The notes: generated from the letters alone by a model not told the origin. A stretch of 64,000 nucleotides of DNA from Oopsacas minuta (GCA_024704765.1 JAKMXF010000332.1:132259-196258); one strand, 5' to 3'. Counted from the first letter of the stretch, positions 38,142 to 50,886 are shown. Translations and numbers: made by a program.

Positions 38142-39447
38142 AAAGGTGGCACATAAGTTCTGTCAAAGGTAAATTTTCTATATGATTTCTAATAAGCACA
38201 GTATCATTCTAATACTTTTCAAGTGAATACAAATACATTCATTGTGAATATTATCAATTATATTTCAATATCGCCACCTTTTGCTTTGATAACAGCGTGC
38301 AGTCTCTTAGGAAAAGCATCAACAGCGGAACGTAGGGTTTCTTGAGGTATCCTATCCCATTCTCGACACACTGCGGTTTTCAATGACTCTACATTAGTGT
38401 GAGACTTTGAACAAGTATTTGTTTCCAAGATTAACCAGATGGAATAGTCCATTGGGTTAAAATCAGGACTGTAAGGTGGCCATTCCTCCTTCCGAATAAA
38501 ATTGGGAGTATTGCTCCGAAAGCATGCGTGTGTGGCATTAGAAGTATGAACTGGAGCACCGTCCTGTTGAAACACAAAAGGTTTTCCAGAAAACATCGTA
38601 CGGCTCAGTTCTTTTACAACAGGCGATAATATAAGCTCTCGGTAGGTCTGAGTATTGATTTTGACTCCTACGAGTACAAAGATGAGTGGTGTCCAGCTAA
38701 TTGCAGAAATTCCCTCCCATACCATCACTGAGAGAGCTTTTTGATCCGGCTAACGTATCGAAGTTCTTCAGGAATGTTTTCAAGTGAGGATGAGATGATA
38801 CGATCGTTTTGCGGGTTATGTATTTCCTCTATGGTGAATAATTTCTCATCAGTAAATACAAAAGATTCAAGACCATGGATTGCGTGCCAGTATAGGAGTC
38901 CCTTGCTCCTCGTGATTCATTTTCTCTTTACTAAGTCCGAGAGATGGTGCACTCTCTTTCGCTGGAAAGAATGTATCTCTAAGCCTCTTTTAACAACTCG
39001 TCCGATAGATCTACGAGAGATCCTAAGTTCAGAGGCCATTTCCCTCATTGAACGGCAGGGATTCCTGTGTATCCGTTCCCTCAATACCTTTTTAAGCCTT
39101 TGTGTGGTAACAGAGCGTGGAAGACCAGACCTACGTTTGTCATTTCTCCCTCCAGTATCTGTATATGGCTTAATAGTTCTATATATCAACTTCCTCCTAC
39201 TATTGGGAAATTTTAGTAGTTTGTCTATTTCTGATGGACTTTTCCCTTCCTCAAATAATAGAATAATTCTTGATCGATCCTGGTCCATTACAATATTGTC
39301 AAGATTATTGAAACAGAAGAAATAGGACTTTATTACAACACCCTAAACATATAACACAATGTAGATAAGGGACAAATAAGACTTGAATGTTGGCGGAAAT
39401 ATTTGTGGTAACTTATATTATTGTGGCAGAACTTATGACCCACCCTG
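38142..39447 (-). mobile_element. maT/DD37D element (1306 bp), defective transposase 38258-39288
   Basis: TIR cagggtgggtcataagttctg (the other end is degenerate) with TA flanks. FQQD-(37)-D in WPPYSPDFNPMD. The core appears identical to 47101-48402. Confidence 0.95.
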
Positions 39448-40878
39448 TATACTATAGAATATAGATCTTGATTACTACCAAAATTTCCACGATTATCGAG
39501 CTATATGAAGATTTTGACAAAATGCATGCAATATATCATCTGTGCGATAACTCACAAATGTTGGAACTTTATCATGAAACCATTTTTTGCGTGAAAATGT
39601 ACCAATTTCATATAATTGCTGATGGAAGATTTTCCATCCAAATTTATCCACTTCCGTTTATCCCTAGACACAAGCAGTGATGAATGGTCATCTTTAGTAG
39701 GCTATGCTCAAATATACACTATTTAACCCATGAATTCTTGTATAATTAAAAACTCAACTACAAATGAAAGATCTAAGAATGTGGATCTACAATTCCAGGC
39801 AATATATTTGGTAACTATGGCTCTAACTCGTATACATGTTATCATTCGTACTACAACTACAAGTACAAATTAGATTCGAAGTTGTCCAGGCCAGGCCCAA
39901 AGTACTACTGCATGCTAAAAGAATCCCATGGAGGACTCTATTTTCTTCAATATATTAAGGATATACAAACATATATACATACACTAAGTGGATAAAAGTG
40001 TCTGAAATTATAGAGGATATACTATACTATACTAATATATGGTAGGAATGTTCAATTCAGAGATTATGTAATATTCACTAAAACTACATGTTATGAAGTC
40101 AAATAGCTTAGTTATTCTCAATTCTAATATTTTGTAGTATGAACTTTCATCTTTTGACTTCCTTTAGTCTTTTGGGAAGACTTTCGATCAACCTGTCTAT
40201 TTGTTGGACGCTTATCGTGCCCATTCTTCTATTATGGAATTGCATAACTCTGCTAGGTTTCTCGGTTCCAGTTGCTTCTTTCGGACGTTTATCATCAATA
40301 AATCCCAAACATTCTCGATGGGATGTATATCGCGGGATTGAGGCGATTAGGTTAACAGAGGAATCCTTTTCTTACCAAACCAGCTTATTGTATTTTCGCT
40401 TTGTGTAAGGAGCATTGTCTTGCATAAATGTTCTGTGTTTCCTCTTGAATATCTTTCAATTTGGGAGAAAACGATCTAAAAGATTGGAATTATACTCATT
40501 AGAATTCATTGTAGTTGCAATTTCAATTAGGGGACCGATTTTCCTGTAAGCTATACATCCTCAAAACATGGCGGACCCCCTCCAACTTCAATAATCTGTT
40601 TTGTACATTCAGGCCGGTAACACTCTGTGGCATTCATCCAAACTTTTACTCTCCCATCTGAGTTGATTAAGTTAAACATCGACCCAGGAAAATGATTCGC
40701 TTTCAAAAGATTATACCCCAAATTTGTGACTAAAAGCAAAATATAACCTTTTCCGTTGATTAACTTTGGAGATCCACGGTTTCTTGCACAAGCGGCGAGC
40801 ATAGAATCTAAGATGATGCAGGCTGAGAGATAAGGTCTTTTTGTATATTTATGGAACTTTCCTGTCGTTATATAGTTA

Positions 40879-42250
40879 CAGTGTGTTCGGAAATTATTGG
40901 GACTGATTATAAATGTATTCTACTATGAATTCATGACTCGTAGAGATTTCTCGTTTTAACACTAAGTTAAAATACATATAGTTGAAGAAAAACTAGCATT
41001 ATTATCACATTCTATCAATAATTATTTTTTTTCCCAGCATTGTCTAAACACAATCTAATTCTTTTGAGCATTGAAGTGCAAAAGGGACGGAGAAAGTCTG
41101 GATCAAATGTTGCCCATATGTCCTGAATTGCCTGTTTTAGTTGGCTTACAGTTTTAGGATGAAGTACAATCAACCTCCTTTTCAAAACTGCCCACAGATT
41201 CTCAATGGGCGCTAGGTCTGGGCTATTTGGCGGCCAATCAATTCTAAGGGGGACGAACTCCGTCTTCCACCCCTTAGCTGCTCTGCCAGTGTGCACAGGA
41301 CTGTCATCCTCCTGTAAAACCCAGCTATCTCCGTATTTTGCGTTAGCCTCCTCAATAAGACACTCGCGAAGAGTGGAAATATACACCACCTGATTAGAAT
41401 TTTCTGTGAAAATCCTCCGATGTGTAGTCCCCATTATCGAAATTCCACCCCAAAGATGAACTTTAGATGGATGCCTGAATGTTGGCAGATGAACTGTTTG
41501 TCCCTTTTTAATCCACATGTTGACTCTTCCAGAGTCAAGCCAAACTGAACATTCATCCGTAAAGAAGGTCTTGCTCCAATCAAAACACTTCATTTCTTTA
41601 CACCAGGCGATTCTTTTGGAAATATGGAGGTCGGTGAGTGCTGGAACTCGGACAGCCCGCTTGCTGACAAAGTTTTGCCTCTTTACCTGAGCATAAAGAG
41701 TACTTATGGATACAGGAGAGCTCAATCTCGGTAGTATAGAGCGTAGAGAGGTCCTCGGATTGCTTTGATACAGAGCAGCTATCCTTCTTTTGTCATTTGC
41801 CTTGATTTTTGAAGGCCGACCAGCACCCCTTTTGTGCTGAAGGCTTTTTTTATCTTTTATCTGATTCAAGACACAATATACAGTCTGCTTAGGTATACTT
41901 GTTCGCTGCCAGATATCCACTCCTTTGGTAATTCCTGCATTGTATAGTGTCTCTATTTGATTTCTGCGCTGTTGTTGGGTAGAGTGCTTGTACATTGTAC
42001 AAAATATGCGGTCTTAGATGACGGAAATGGGATCTCGAAATATATATAGGTATATTTGCTTGGAAATCACAATATTTCAGCCAAACAAACGAAATATTAG
42101 GTGAAATAGCGAATCTATTGGTTTTCTAACAATTATAGGAAGTGTATATATACAGTAAGGTAAATGGTTGTATAATATGTGCATAACCTGATATCCTTCA
42201 TGGTGATTCAAGTTAATCATGAAAAGTCCCAATAATTTCCGAACATACTG
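40879..42250 (-). mobile_element. Tc1 (DD34E) element, 1372 bp, apparently intact
   Basis: 26-bp TIRs cagt(g/a)tgttcggaaattattgggact (1 mismatch), a TA duplication and an uninterrupted transposase. Confidence 0.96.
41015..41995 (-). CDS. Tc1-family DD34E transposase, 326 aa, intact
   Basis: ATG-to-stop ORF with HTH (GAGRPSK), FFTDE, VHLWGGIS and LQED-(34 aa)-E in WPPNSPDLAPIENLW. Confidence 0.93.
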   Translation of the reverse strand: MYKHSTQQQRRNQIETLYNAGITKGVDIWQRTSIPKQTVYCVLNQIKDKKSLQHKRGAGRPSKIKANDKRRIAALYQSNPRTSLRSILPRLSSPVSISTLYAQVKRQNFVSKRAVRVPALTDLHISKRIAWCKEMKCFDWSKTFFTDECSVWLDSGRVNMWIKKGQTVHLPTFRHPSKVHLWGGISIMGTTHRRIFTENSNQVVYISTLRECLIEEANAKYGDSWVLQEDDSPVHTGRAAKGWKTEFVPLRIDWPPNSPDLAPIENLWAVLKRRLIVLHPKTVSQLKQAIQDIWATFDPDFLRPFCTSMLKRIRLCLDNAGKKNNY

Positions 42251-42808
42251 TAGGTTAAGTTCTTAAGACTTGATCAGGGAATTGATTTTACTATTGACCA
42301 CAGCTGCTCGCAACCTCTTTCTGTCTTCAATTTAGGACAGCCTGCCCTTTTTATGATTCTGGGTTGACCCTACCTTTTCCACTTACGAATTATGTAGTGC
42401 AATGATGAACCGTTTGCATAAAATCAGGGAGATTTGTGCAACTCGATAACAACCTTTATGTAACCCAAATGCTTCCGAGCGAGTTGAATTGGGAATTTCA
42501 CAAATATTAGACATTTAGGGAGATTATTTGGTGTAATCCAGGGGTGTCCAACCCGCGGCCCGCGTATGTCCTTGGTGCGCCCCGCCAGCTAACTTTGTCA
42601 TTGTGCGGTACTTTTCTGGGATAATGCATCAATGCGAATTTTGAATGCTTCTAATATAGTTGGGTTTCTGGTTTATTGTTATTAGTAAAGTCTAGTTGCG
42701 AATACCTATAATTTAACTATTTCTATGGCTAGTTATATTTGTTTTGGATCCCATACAAATCAGACTACTGTTTCAGGAGTTCTAGAATCTAGAATTTTAT
42801 TATATATA

Positions 42809-43709
42809 CAGTCAATGGACAAAAGTATTCAACCACACAAATATATTGTCATAAATTGTATACTCTTTCCCGCTCCTATATATTGTGTAGTCTATATTCG
42901 TAGCTGCAATCTAGTAATTTGCATAGAATAACGTATGTTTTCCGAGTATTTCAAAAAATATTTTCGATTTACACATTTTGAAGGTGTTAATTATTAATAA
43001 TCATTTGATAATTATTGATAATAAAATATGTGGTAATTCAAAACCTATTAAGAATCTGTAATTCTGACTTGATATTTTAATTCTACGTAGCGAGTTACCC
43101 TAGATTTAAATTTCCAATGAGATTGAACAATTTTTACCAAGGTTATAGAAGAATTTCAATTTGTGCCACTTTAGCCACTTCTTGAAAAAGTGGCACAGGC
43201 GACAGGAAAAAGCGCCACTATGAGGAAATCAACTAGGATTAGGAGGAATAAGTCAAAGTAATATTTTCGAATGATATGACTATGCTAACCCTTGAATTAC
43301 AAAACAACCTCTGGGTAACGACCACTTGTGCCACCTTGGGCAAAAGGTGGCACAAATTGAAATCTTCTATAACTTTGGTAAAAATTGTTCAATCTCATTG
43401 GAAATTTAAATCTAGGGTAATTCGCCTACGTAGAATTCAAATATCAGGTCAGAAATTACAGATTCTTAATAGGTTTTGAATTACCACACAATTTGGTTAT
43501 CAATAATTATCAAATAATTATTAATAATTAACACCTTCAAAAAGTGTAAATCGAGAATATTTTTTGAAATTCTCGAAAAACATATGTTATTCTATGCAAA
43601 TTACTAGATTGCAGCTACGAATATAGACTACACAATATATAGGAGCGGGAAAGTGTATACAATTTGTGACAATATATTTGTGTGGTCGAATACTTTTGTC
43701 CCCTAACTG
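42809..43709. mobile_element. ~900-bp Tc1-ended MITE/foldback with ~350-bp TIRs, copy 1
   Basis: cagtcaatggacaaaagtattc / gaatacttttgtcccctaactg with TA flanks. Long inverted arms and no ORF of substance. Second copy at 48528-49442. Confidence 0.9.
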
Positions 43710-43715
43710 TATGTA

Positions 43716-45044
43716 CTACGGCTGTTCAATAAGTTCTGATCACTAACACCAAAGTACCCAAAAGTATGTTGTACTCAAACAATCAGTGTTTAATTATTTC
43801 GAAATACTCCCACCATTATTTATACAGCGTTGAAGACACTCCAACCATTGTACAAAATATTTTTATAGTCTTCCGGCGGTATCCGTTTGAGATACTGGAA
43901 AATCGCCGATCCCAGTTCTATGCTGTTGCTAAAATGACGACCAGAGAGGTATTCCTTAAGCTTAGGGAAGAGATAGAAATCGCAAGGAGCTAGATCTGGG
44001 CTGTAGGGTGGGTGTTCAAGCTCAGTTATCCCCATCCTTAAGATTTTTTCTTTGACTTGCTTGGTTTTGTGAGGACGGGCATTATCATGTAATAATCTCA
44101 ACCCTTTAGCACCAGTCCTTTTTCTCCTCTTCGACAAGTTTTCTCCCACTGCACCAAGACAATTACTAGTGTAGAAGCTTCCAGTAACAGTTTGTCCCTT
44201 TGGAATTATCACCTGGGCCACTGGGCCATGTACATCAAAAATATGCAATACATGATCCTCGATGATCTGAAATCTAGACGCGGTATCATCGGGGGTCCGA
44301 GTGCTTTCTTATCCGCACCTTATTTGCCTGTTTGGAAAAGGTGTGTTATACTGAACCCATGTCTCATTACCAGTCACTATCTCAAATAATCTTCGCGGGT
44401 CGCATTCTTTGTAGGATTTAAGGAGATTACGACAACATCCCACCCTTGTCTCTTTCTGGGCCTTTGTGAGTAAATGTGGAGCCCATCTGGCACAAACCTT
44501 CGTCAACTTGAGCTGTGATCTTAAAATGTGGTCTACACTTCCCATCGAGATGCCAACACTTTTAGAAAGTTCCCTGATAGTTATATGTGAGTCTAGGTCT
44601 ATCAGTTTCTTGATAGCGCACGATTTAATGGGAGATGCAACCATAATTGGTGCTCCAGGCTGAGGATCATCTTCGATAGACTTTCTTCCCAGCCTGAAAC
44701 GCTGAGCCCATCTTCTGACTCCTGCATAAGACAGAGCACCTTTCGTAGTATAGACTTGAACCAAATCAAGATGTATCTCGTGTGCAGATTTCCCGAGCAG
44801 AGTACGAATCTTGACATAAGCTCTTTGCTCGATTTTAGAATGCTTGCCAATGTCATAAAGGTATAGTATAAAAAACATCTGTTGTAAAATTTGATGTAAC
44901 TTGTTGAGTTTTTAAGCGATAATGAAAAATCAATACTAGCTCGTCGACAGAGGATTAAGTATTCACATTCAAATATCAATATATTATTGTTGTGTTATAA
45001 ATCCCCACAGTAATACAGTGATCAGAATTTATTGAACGCCCTAG
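43716..45044 (-). mobile_element. mariner (DD34D) element, 1329 bp, frameshifted transposase ~43820-44878
   Basis: TIRs cta(c/g)ggc(t)gttcaataa(g/a)ttctgatcact with TA flanks. Motifs WAPHLL, VTGNETW (first D mutated to N) and LHD-(34)-D in HPPYSPDLAPCD. Confidence 0.94.
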
Positions 45045-45119
45045 TATATGCCACTATCTTTACACAATCACTTTTCAAACTGATATAGTATTATAATACA
45101 CGTCTAAGATACCTTCGCC

Positions 45120-46910
45120 ATGGCATCCATTTCTAACAAGATAAGGAAAGTAGAAGATGAATTAAGGGTTTTTCAAACTAGATGGACTGAAAGTTATTCC
45201 TTTATTGAATTTAACAACATACCTATTTGTCTCATATGTAATGAATCTATATCTGTTCTAAAGGAATTTAATGTTAAACGCCATTATGAAACTATTCAGG
45301 GAAAGGAATATATCACCATACAAGGAGAATTTCGGAAAGATAAAATATTACACTTAAGAAGAATCTAACCAAATACCATCAAATCTTTGAGAATTTAGGG
45401 GACTAATCTGAATCTTCTGTCAAAGTTAGCTATAAAGTTGCGGAAATAATTGCAAAGAAGTCCATACCATTTTCAGATGGAGAGTTTATTAAAGAGTGTT
45501 TGAGAAGTGTTGCTGAAATAACATGCCCAGACAAAACAGATGAGATTTCAAAGATAAGTCTATCTCATCAGACAATAGCAAGACGTATAGTTGATTTGTC
45601 TTGCTCAATTGAAAACAAGTTGATCTTACGAGCTTCAAATTTCAGGTTTTATTCATTGACACTTGACGAAAGTACAAATGCTGCGGATACTGCTCAAGTA
45701 GCTATTTTATACGAAGTCTCGAAGACGATTTCAACATTACCGAAGAAATGGGCGCTTTAGTCTCATTAAAGGATGCCACGAAAACGAATGATATTTATAA
45801 GGCAGTTACGACTACACTGGCAAGATTTGCTTTAGATTTCGGTGAAATTTCGGAAATAACGACGCATGAAGCTCCAGCAATGGTAGGTAAAAGGGAAGGC
45901 CTCATGAAGTTAATTGAAAACGTAGCGCTGCAGTCAGGTAATACTAATTTAATGAAATACCACTGCATTGTTCATCAAGAGAACCTATGTGCCAAATCTC
46001 TTAAAATTGAAAGCGTAATGAAAGTTGTTATCAGAACAGTTAACTTCATTCGCTCCAGTGGACTTAATCATAGACAGTTTCAAGAATTGCTGAGTGATTT
46101 ACATTCAGAATTCGGTGACATTATTTACTATGCTGAAGTTGGATAATTGAGCCGTGGTAAAATGTTAAAACGATTGTTTGATTTGGAAGATGAAATTCAG
46201 ATGTTCACGCAACGAAAAGGGCAACCAATTCCTGAATTCCAAGTCGACGAATGGTTACGTGATTTTGCTTGTTAATAGATATTAGTTCTCACTTGAATGA
46301 ATTAAAACAAGACTTCAAGGAACAGACCAACTAATCCCTGCGATGTTTGATCATATCAATGCTTTTCAAATTAAGCTTAGTTTATGGGAATCTCAACTCA
46401 GAGTAAAGAATTATGTTCATTTTCCAACCATAAGAATGCACAAAGTGAATGATCCTGAAAGATCGCCAAGTAAATTTCGTCTTTAAGAGAAGAATTCAAT
46501 GATAGATTCCAGGATTTCAGAAAATACAGTCCCTATTTGAGTCTATTTTCATCTCCATTCAAAGTAAATATAGATTCCGTGACAGAAAATCTACAAGTGG
46601 AGTCATTGATATGCAATGCGATTCTCTTCTAAAGGATAAATTTGGTCAAGTGGGTTTACTCGACTAAATACATCGTATGTATCTAAGGAAAAATATCCTA
46701 GAATACACAATCATTCACTTTTAATGAGCTCTCTTTCGGAAGCACATATATATATGAGAGCAAGTGTTTTCCAGGATGAAAAATATCAAATGTAATAGCA
46801 GGACTCGTATCACAGACAACAACCTTGAATCTTCCATCAGAGTTGCAAGTTCTGCGATCTCTCCTAATATAGAATTTCCTGTTGCAGCTAAAAATAGCCA
46901 AATCTCCCAT
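45120..46910 (+). pseudogene. SPIN/GTF2IRD2-like hAT transposase pseudogene
   Basis: RVFQTRWTESYSF...CLICNESISVLKEFNVKRHYET; SLSHQTIARR; YSLTLDESTN; YHCIVHQENLCAK; LNHRQFQELL. Many frameshifts. The 3' end is approximate. Confidence 0.9.
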
Positions 46911-47100
46911 TAATTTCTAGCCTCATTATCATAAATCATAATCTTAATAAATTATCCTAAACAATAGAAATAATTTAAGAATACGGTGCGGCCGACGTCA
47001 AAATTCATGTACAAGCTGTGGCCCTTTGCAAAAATAGGTTGAATATCCCTGGTCTAATCTTTGTGATAATATAATCAATAAACTCAGGAATTATTGAATA

Positions 47101-48402
47101 CAGGGGGGCATAAGTTCTGCCACAATAATATAAGTTACCACAAATATTTCCGCCAACATTCAAGTCTTATTTGTCCCTTATCTACATTGTGTTATATGTT
47201 TAGGGTGTTGTAATAAAGTCCTATTTCTTCTGTTTCAATAATCTTGACAATATTGTAATGGACCAGGATCGATCAAGAATTATTCTATTATTTGAGGAAG
47301 GGAAAAGTCCATCAGAAATAGACAAACTACTAAAATTTCCCAATAGTAGGAGGAAGTTGATATATAGAACTATTAAGCCATATACAGATACTGGAGGGAG
47401 AAATGACAAACGTAGGTCTGGTCTTCCACGCTCTGTTACCACACAAAGGCTTAAAAAGGTATTGAGGGAACGGATACACAGGAATCCCTGCCGTTCAATG
47501 AGGGAAATGGCCTCTGAACTTAGGATCTCTCGTAGATCTATCGGACGAGTTGTTAAAAGAGGCTTAGAGATACATTCTTTCCAGCGAAAGAGAGTGCACC
47601 ATCTCTCGGACTTAGTAAAGAGAAAATGAATCACGAGGAGCAAGGGACTCCTATACTGGCACGCAATCCATGGTCTTGAATCTTTTGTATTTACTGATGA
47701 GAAATTATTCACCATAGAGGAAATACATAACCCGCAAAACGATCGTATCATCTCATCCTCACTTGAAAACATTCCTGAAGAACTTCGATACGTTAGCCGG
47801 ATCAAAAAGCTCTCTCAGTGATGGTATGGGAGGGAATTTCTGCAATTAGCTGGACACCACTCATCTTTGTACTCGTAGGAGTCAAAATCAATACTCAGAC
47901 CTACCGAGAGCTTATATTATCGCCTGTTGTAAAAGAACTGAGCCGTACGATGTTTTCTGGAAAACCTTTTGTGTTTCAACAGGACGGTGCTCCAGTTCAT
48001 ACTTCTAATGCCACACACGCATGCTTTCGGAGCAATACTCCCAATTTTATTCGGAAGGAGGAATGGCCACCTTACAGTCCTGATTTTAACCCAATGGACT
48101 ATTCCATCTGGTTAATCTTGGAAACAAATACTTGTTCAAAGTCTCACACTAATGTAGAGTCATTGAAAACCGCAGTGTGTCGAGAATGGGATAGGATACC
48201 TCAAGAAACCCTACGTTCCGCTGTTGATGCTTTTCCTAAGAGACTGCACGCTGTTATCAAAGCAAAAGGTGGCGATATTGAAATATAATTGATAATATTC
48301 ACAATGAATGTATTTGTATTCACTTGAAAAGTATTAGAATGATACTGTGCTTATTAGAAATCATAAAGAAATTTAACCTTGTATCAGCTTTGCCCCACCC
48401 TG
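47101..48402 (+). mobile_element. maT/DD37D element (1302 bp), defective transposase 47258-48288
   Basis: Inverted twin of 38142-39447 with identical ORF translations. TA flanks. Tips diverged. Confidence 0.95.
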
Positions 48403-48527
48403 TATACAATCAGTAATAGAAATATCAAGATACAGCGAATTCTATGCACATATATTGTGGTTGAAATATCGGCATTAAAAGAAAGGGAATATTTCAAATA
48501 ATTTTATCCACTTGGTGTATGTATATA

Positions 48528-49442
48528 CTCTAAGTGGGCAAAAGTATTTCAAAACACAAATATATTGTCATAAATTGTATACTCTTTCCCGCTCCTATAT
48601 ATTGTGTAGTCCATATTCGTATCTACTATGTAGTAATTTGTATAGAATAACATATGTTTTTCAAGAAATTCAAAAAATATTTTCGATTTACGCTTTTGGA
48701 AGGTGTTAATTATTAATAATTATTAGATAATTATTGATAATCAAAATATGTGGTATTTCAAAGCCTATTAAGAATCTATAATTTCTGACTTGATATTTGA
48801 ATTCTACGTAGGCGAGTTACCCCATATTGAAATTTCCAATCGGATTGAACAATTTTTACCAGAGTTATAGATGAATTTCAATTTGTGCCATTTGTGCCAC
48901 CTTTTGCCCAAGGTGGCACAAGTGGCCGCTACCAAGAGGTTATTATGGAATTCAAGGGTTAGCTTAGTCATACCATTCGAAAAATATTACTTCGACTTAT
49001 TCCTCCTAGCCCTAGTTGCCTTCCTTGTAGTGGCGCTTTTCCTGCCACCTGTGCCACTTTTTTCAAAAAGTGGCACAAGTAGGACAAATTGAATTTCTTC
49101 CATAACTTTAATAAAAATTGTTCAATCCGATTGGAAATTTCAATATGGGGTAACTCACCTACGTAGAATTCAAATATCAAGTCAGAAATTATAGATTCTT
49201 AATAGGCTTTGAAATACCACATATTTTGATTATCAATAATTATCTAATAATTATTAATAATTAACACCTTCCAAAAGCGTAAATCGAAAATATTTTTTTG
49301 AAATTCTTGAAAAACATATGTTATTCTATACAAATTACTACATAGTAGATACGAATATAGACTACACAATATATAGGAGCGGGAAAGAGTATACAATTTA
49401 TGACAATATATTGTGTTTTGAAATACTTTTGTCCACTTAGAG
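48528..49442. mobile_element. ~915-bp Tc1-ended MITE/foldback, copy 2 (opposite orientation to copy 1)
   Basis: ctctaagtgggcaaaagtatttc / gaaatacttttgtccacttagag with TA flanks. Internal region is the reverse complement of that in 42809-43709. Confidence 0.9.
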
Positions 49443-49579
49443 TATATATACATAAATTTGTTGTTTTCTCACGCATTGGTTTCTTTCAAAATTCGAATAG
49501 TCTGAAAGTTGTTCATGTATTCCTTTAGATATATCATGCGTTGTTCGAATATTACACAAATATGTCTGCGTGTATTCTA

Positions 49580-50886
49580 CAGGGTGGCTCATAAGTTCTG
49601 TCCCATACTTTAATACATAACCATAGATTTTAGGGTATAGCTAGGTGATTGGTTTTGCGTTTCAAGCTTCTATATAGTCTTATAATTATTCTAAACTGTT
49701 CATCTTAACATCTTATAGTTTTAGCTAGACAAATTCCTCGATGGAAACGGAAAGGTTGACAATTATCGAATTATATCGAAAAGGAAAGATCAAAGTGAAA
49801 TTTTGGAAATTCTCAATATTCCTAAAACGAGGCGAAAGTTTGTATACAGTACCATTAATAGGTATAAAGATACTAGCAGCGTCTCTGACAAGCCCAGATC
49901 TGGTCGTCCCACATCTGTAACGACAACAAGGATGAGGAAGATCGTAAGAGGTCGTGTATGGCGAAATCCCAGTCGATCCGTGAGAAAAATGGCTGCAGAG
50001 CTCAAGGTATCTCGTTCTTCCCTCCAAAGAATTGTCAAAAGAGACCTGGGTTTATCCTCATTTAAAAAACGTAAAGTACACTATCTTTCAAAGGTAATGA
50101 GGAGAAGAGGTTGAAGAGAAGCAAAGGTCTCATTGACCGGTTCGCTATCCAAGGTCTTGATCATGTCTTGTTCTCAGATGAGAAATTATTTACGATAGAG
50201 GAAGCTTATAATCAACAAAACGACAGAATATTGTCTTCTACAGCGTCTACCATCCCTGAGGAGTACAGATATGTAAAAAGAGTACAGAAACCATGTTCTG
50301 TTATGGTTTGGGCTGGAATATCTTCACTTGGCCGGACTCTAATAGTTTTCATCCCAACTGGGGTAAAATAAATGCTCAAACTTACCAAAACCTTGTTCTA
50401 AAGCCTATAGTCAAAGATCTTAGCAAGTCGATGTTTAACAATGAAACCTTTTTGCTCCAACAAGACGGTGCCCCTGCTCATACAGCAAATACCACTCAAA
50501 GCTGGCTTCACTCCGAAATTCCTGACTTTATTTCCAAACAGAAATGGCCCCCATCTAGTCCGGACCCTAACCCTCTAGACTTCTCAGTTTGGTCTATATT
50601 ACAACAAAGGCTTGTTGTAAATCCCATAAAAATTTGGAGGCCCTGAAGCGATCAATAATACGTGCTTGGAATGAAATCCCCCAGAAAACCATGCGAATGG
50701 CAGTAGAAACGGTTCCTTCACGACTTAGGGCTGTAATTAAGAAAAAAGGTGGATATATTGAATAAGCCTAATATATTATTATCCAAATAATGTGTACGTT
50801 ATTGTGTTAAGATTTTAAGTCATTTCAGTTAGTTTTGCCAAAATAATGACCTTTTATGTGTGGGAAAGAACTTATGGGCCACCCTG
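49580..50886 (+). mobile_element. maT/DD37D element (1307 bp), frameshifted transposase ~49741-50764
   Basis: TIRs cagggtggc(t/c)cataagttct with TA flanks. Motifs LFSDEK, VMVWAGIS and LQQD-(37)-D. Confidence 0.95.

Larger units (their letters stand above)
42539..47051 (+). mobile_element. hAT element of the Charlie/Buster/SPIN group carrying two nested insertions
   Basis: TIRs caggggtgtccaacc / cagggatattcaacc (12/15) and a near-perfect 8-bp TSD gtgtaatc / gtctaatc. Confidence 0.88.
39982..48517 (-). mobile_element. Old degenerate Tc1 element hosting a nested stack of insertions
   Basis: TIRs cactaagtggataaaag (39982) / ttttatccacttggtg (48517) with TA flanks. Relic motifs FNLINSDGRVKVW...YRPEC, FMQDNAP and HPIENVW at ~40150-40800, and N-terminal relics at 42253-42530. 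Confidence 0.75.

Noticed and set aside
38741-39325. 194-aa ORF (and its twin at 47221-47805) as a second gene in the maT
   Set aside because: It is the antisense shadow of the transposase frame. The same applies to 5559-5783, 6218-6448, 25336-25599, 44602-44979 and 62538-62828.
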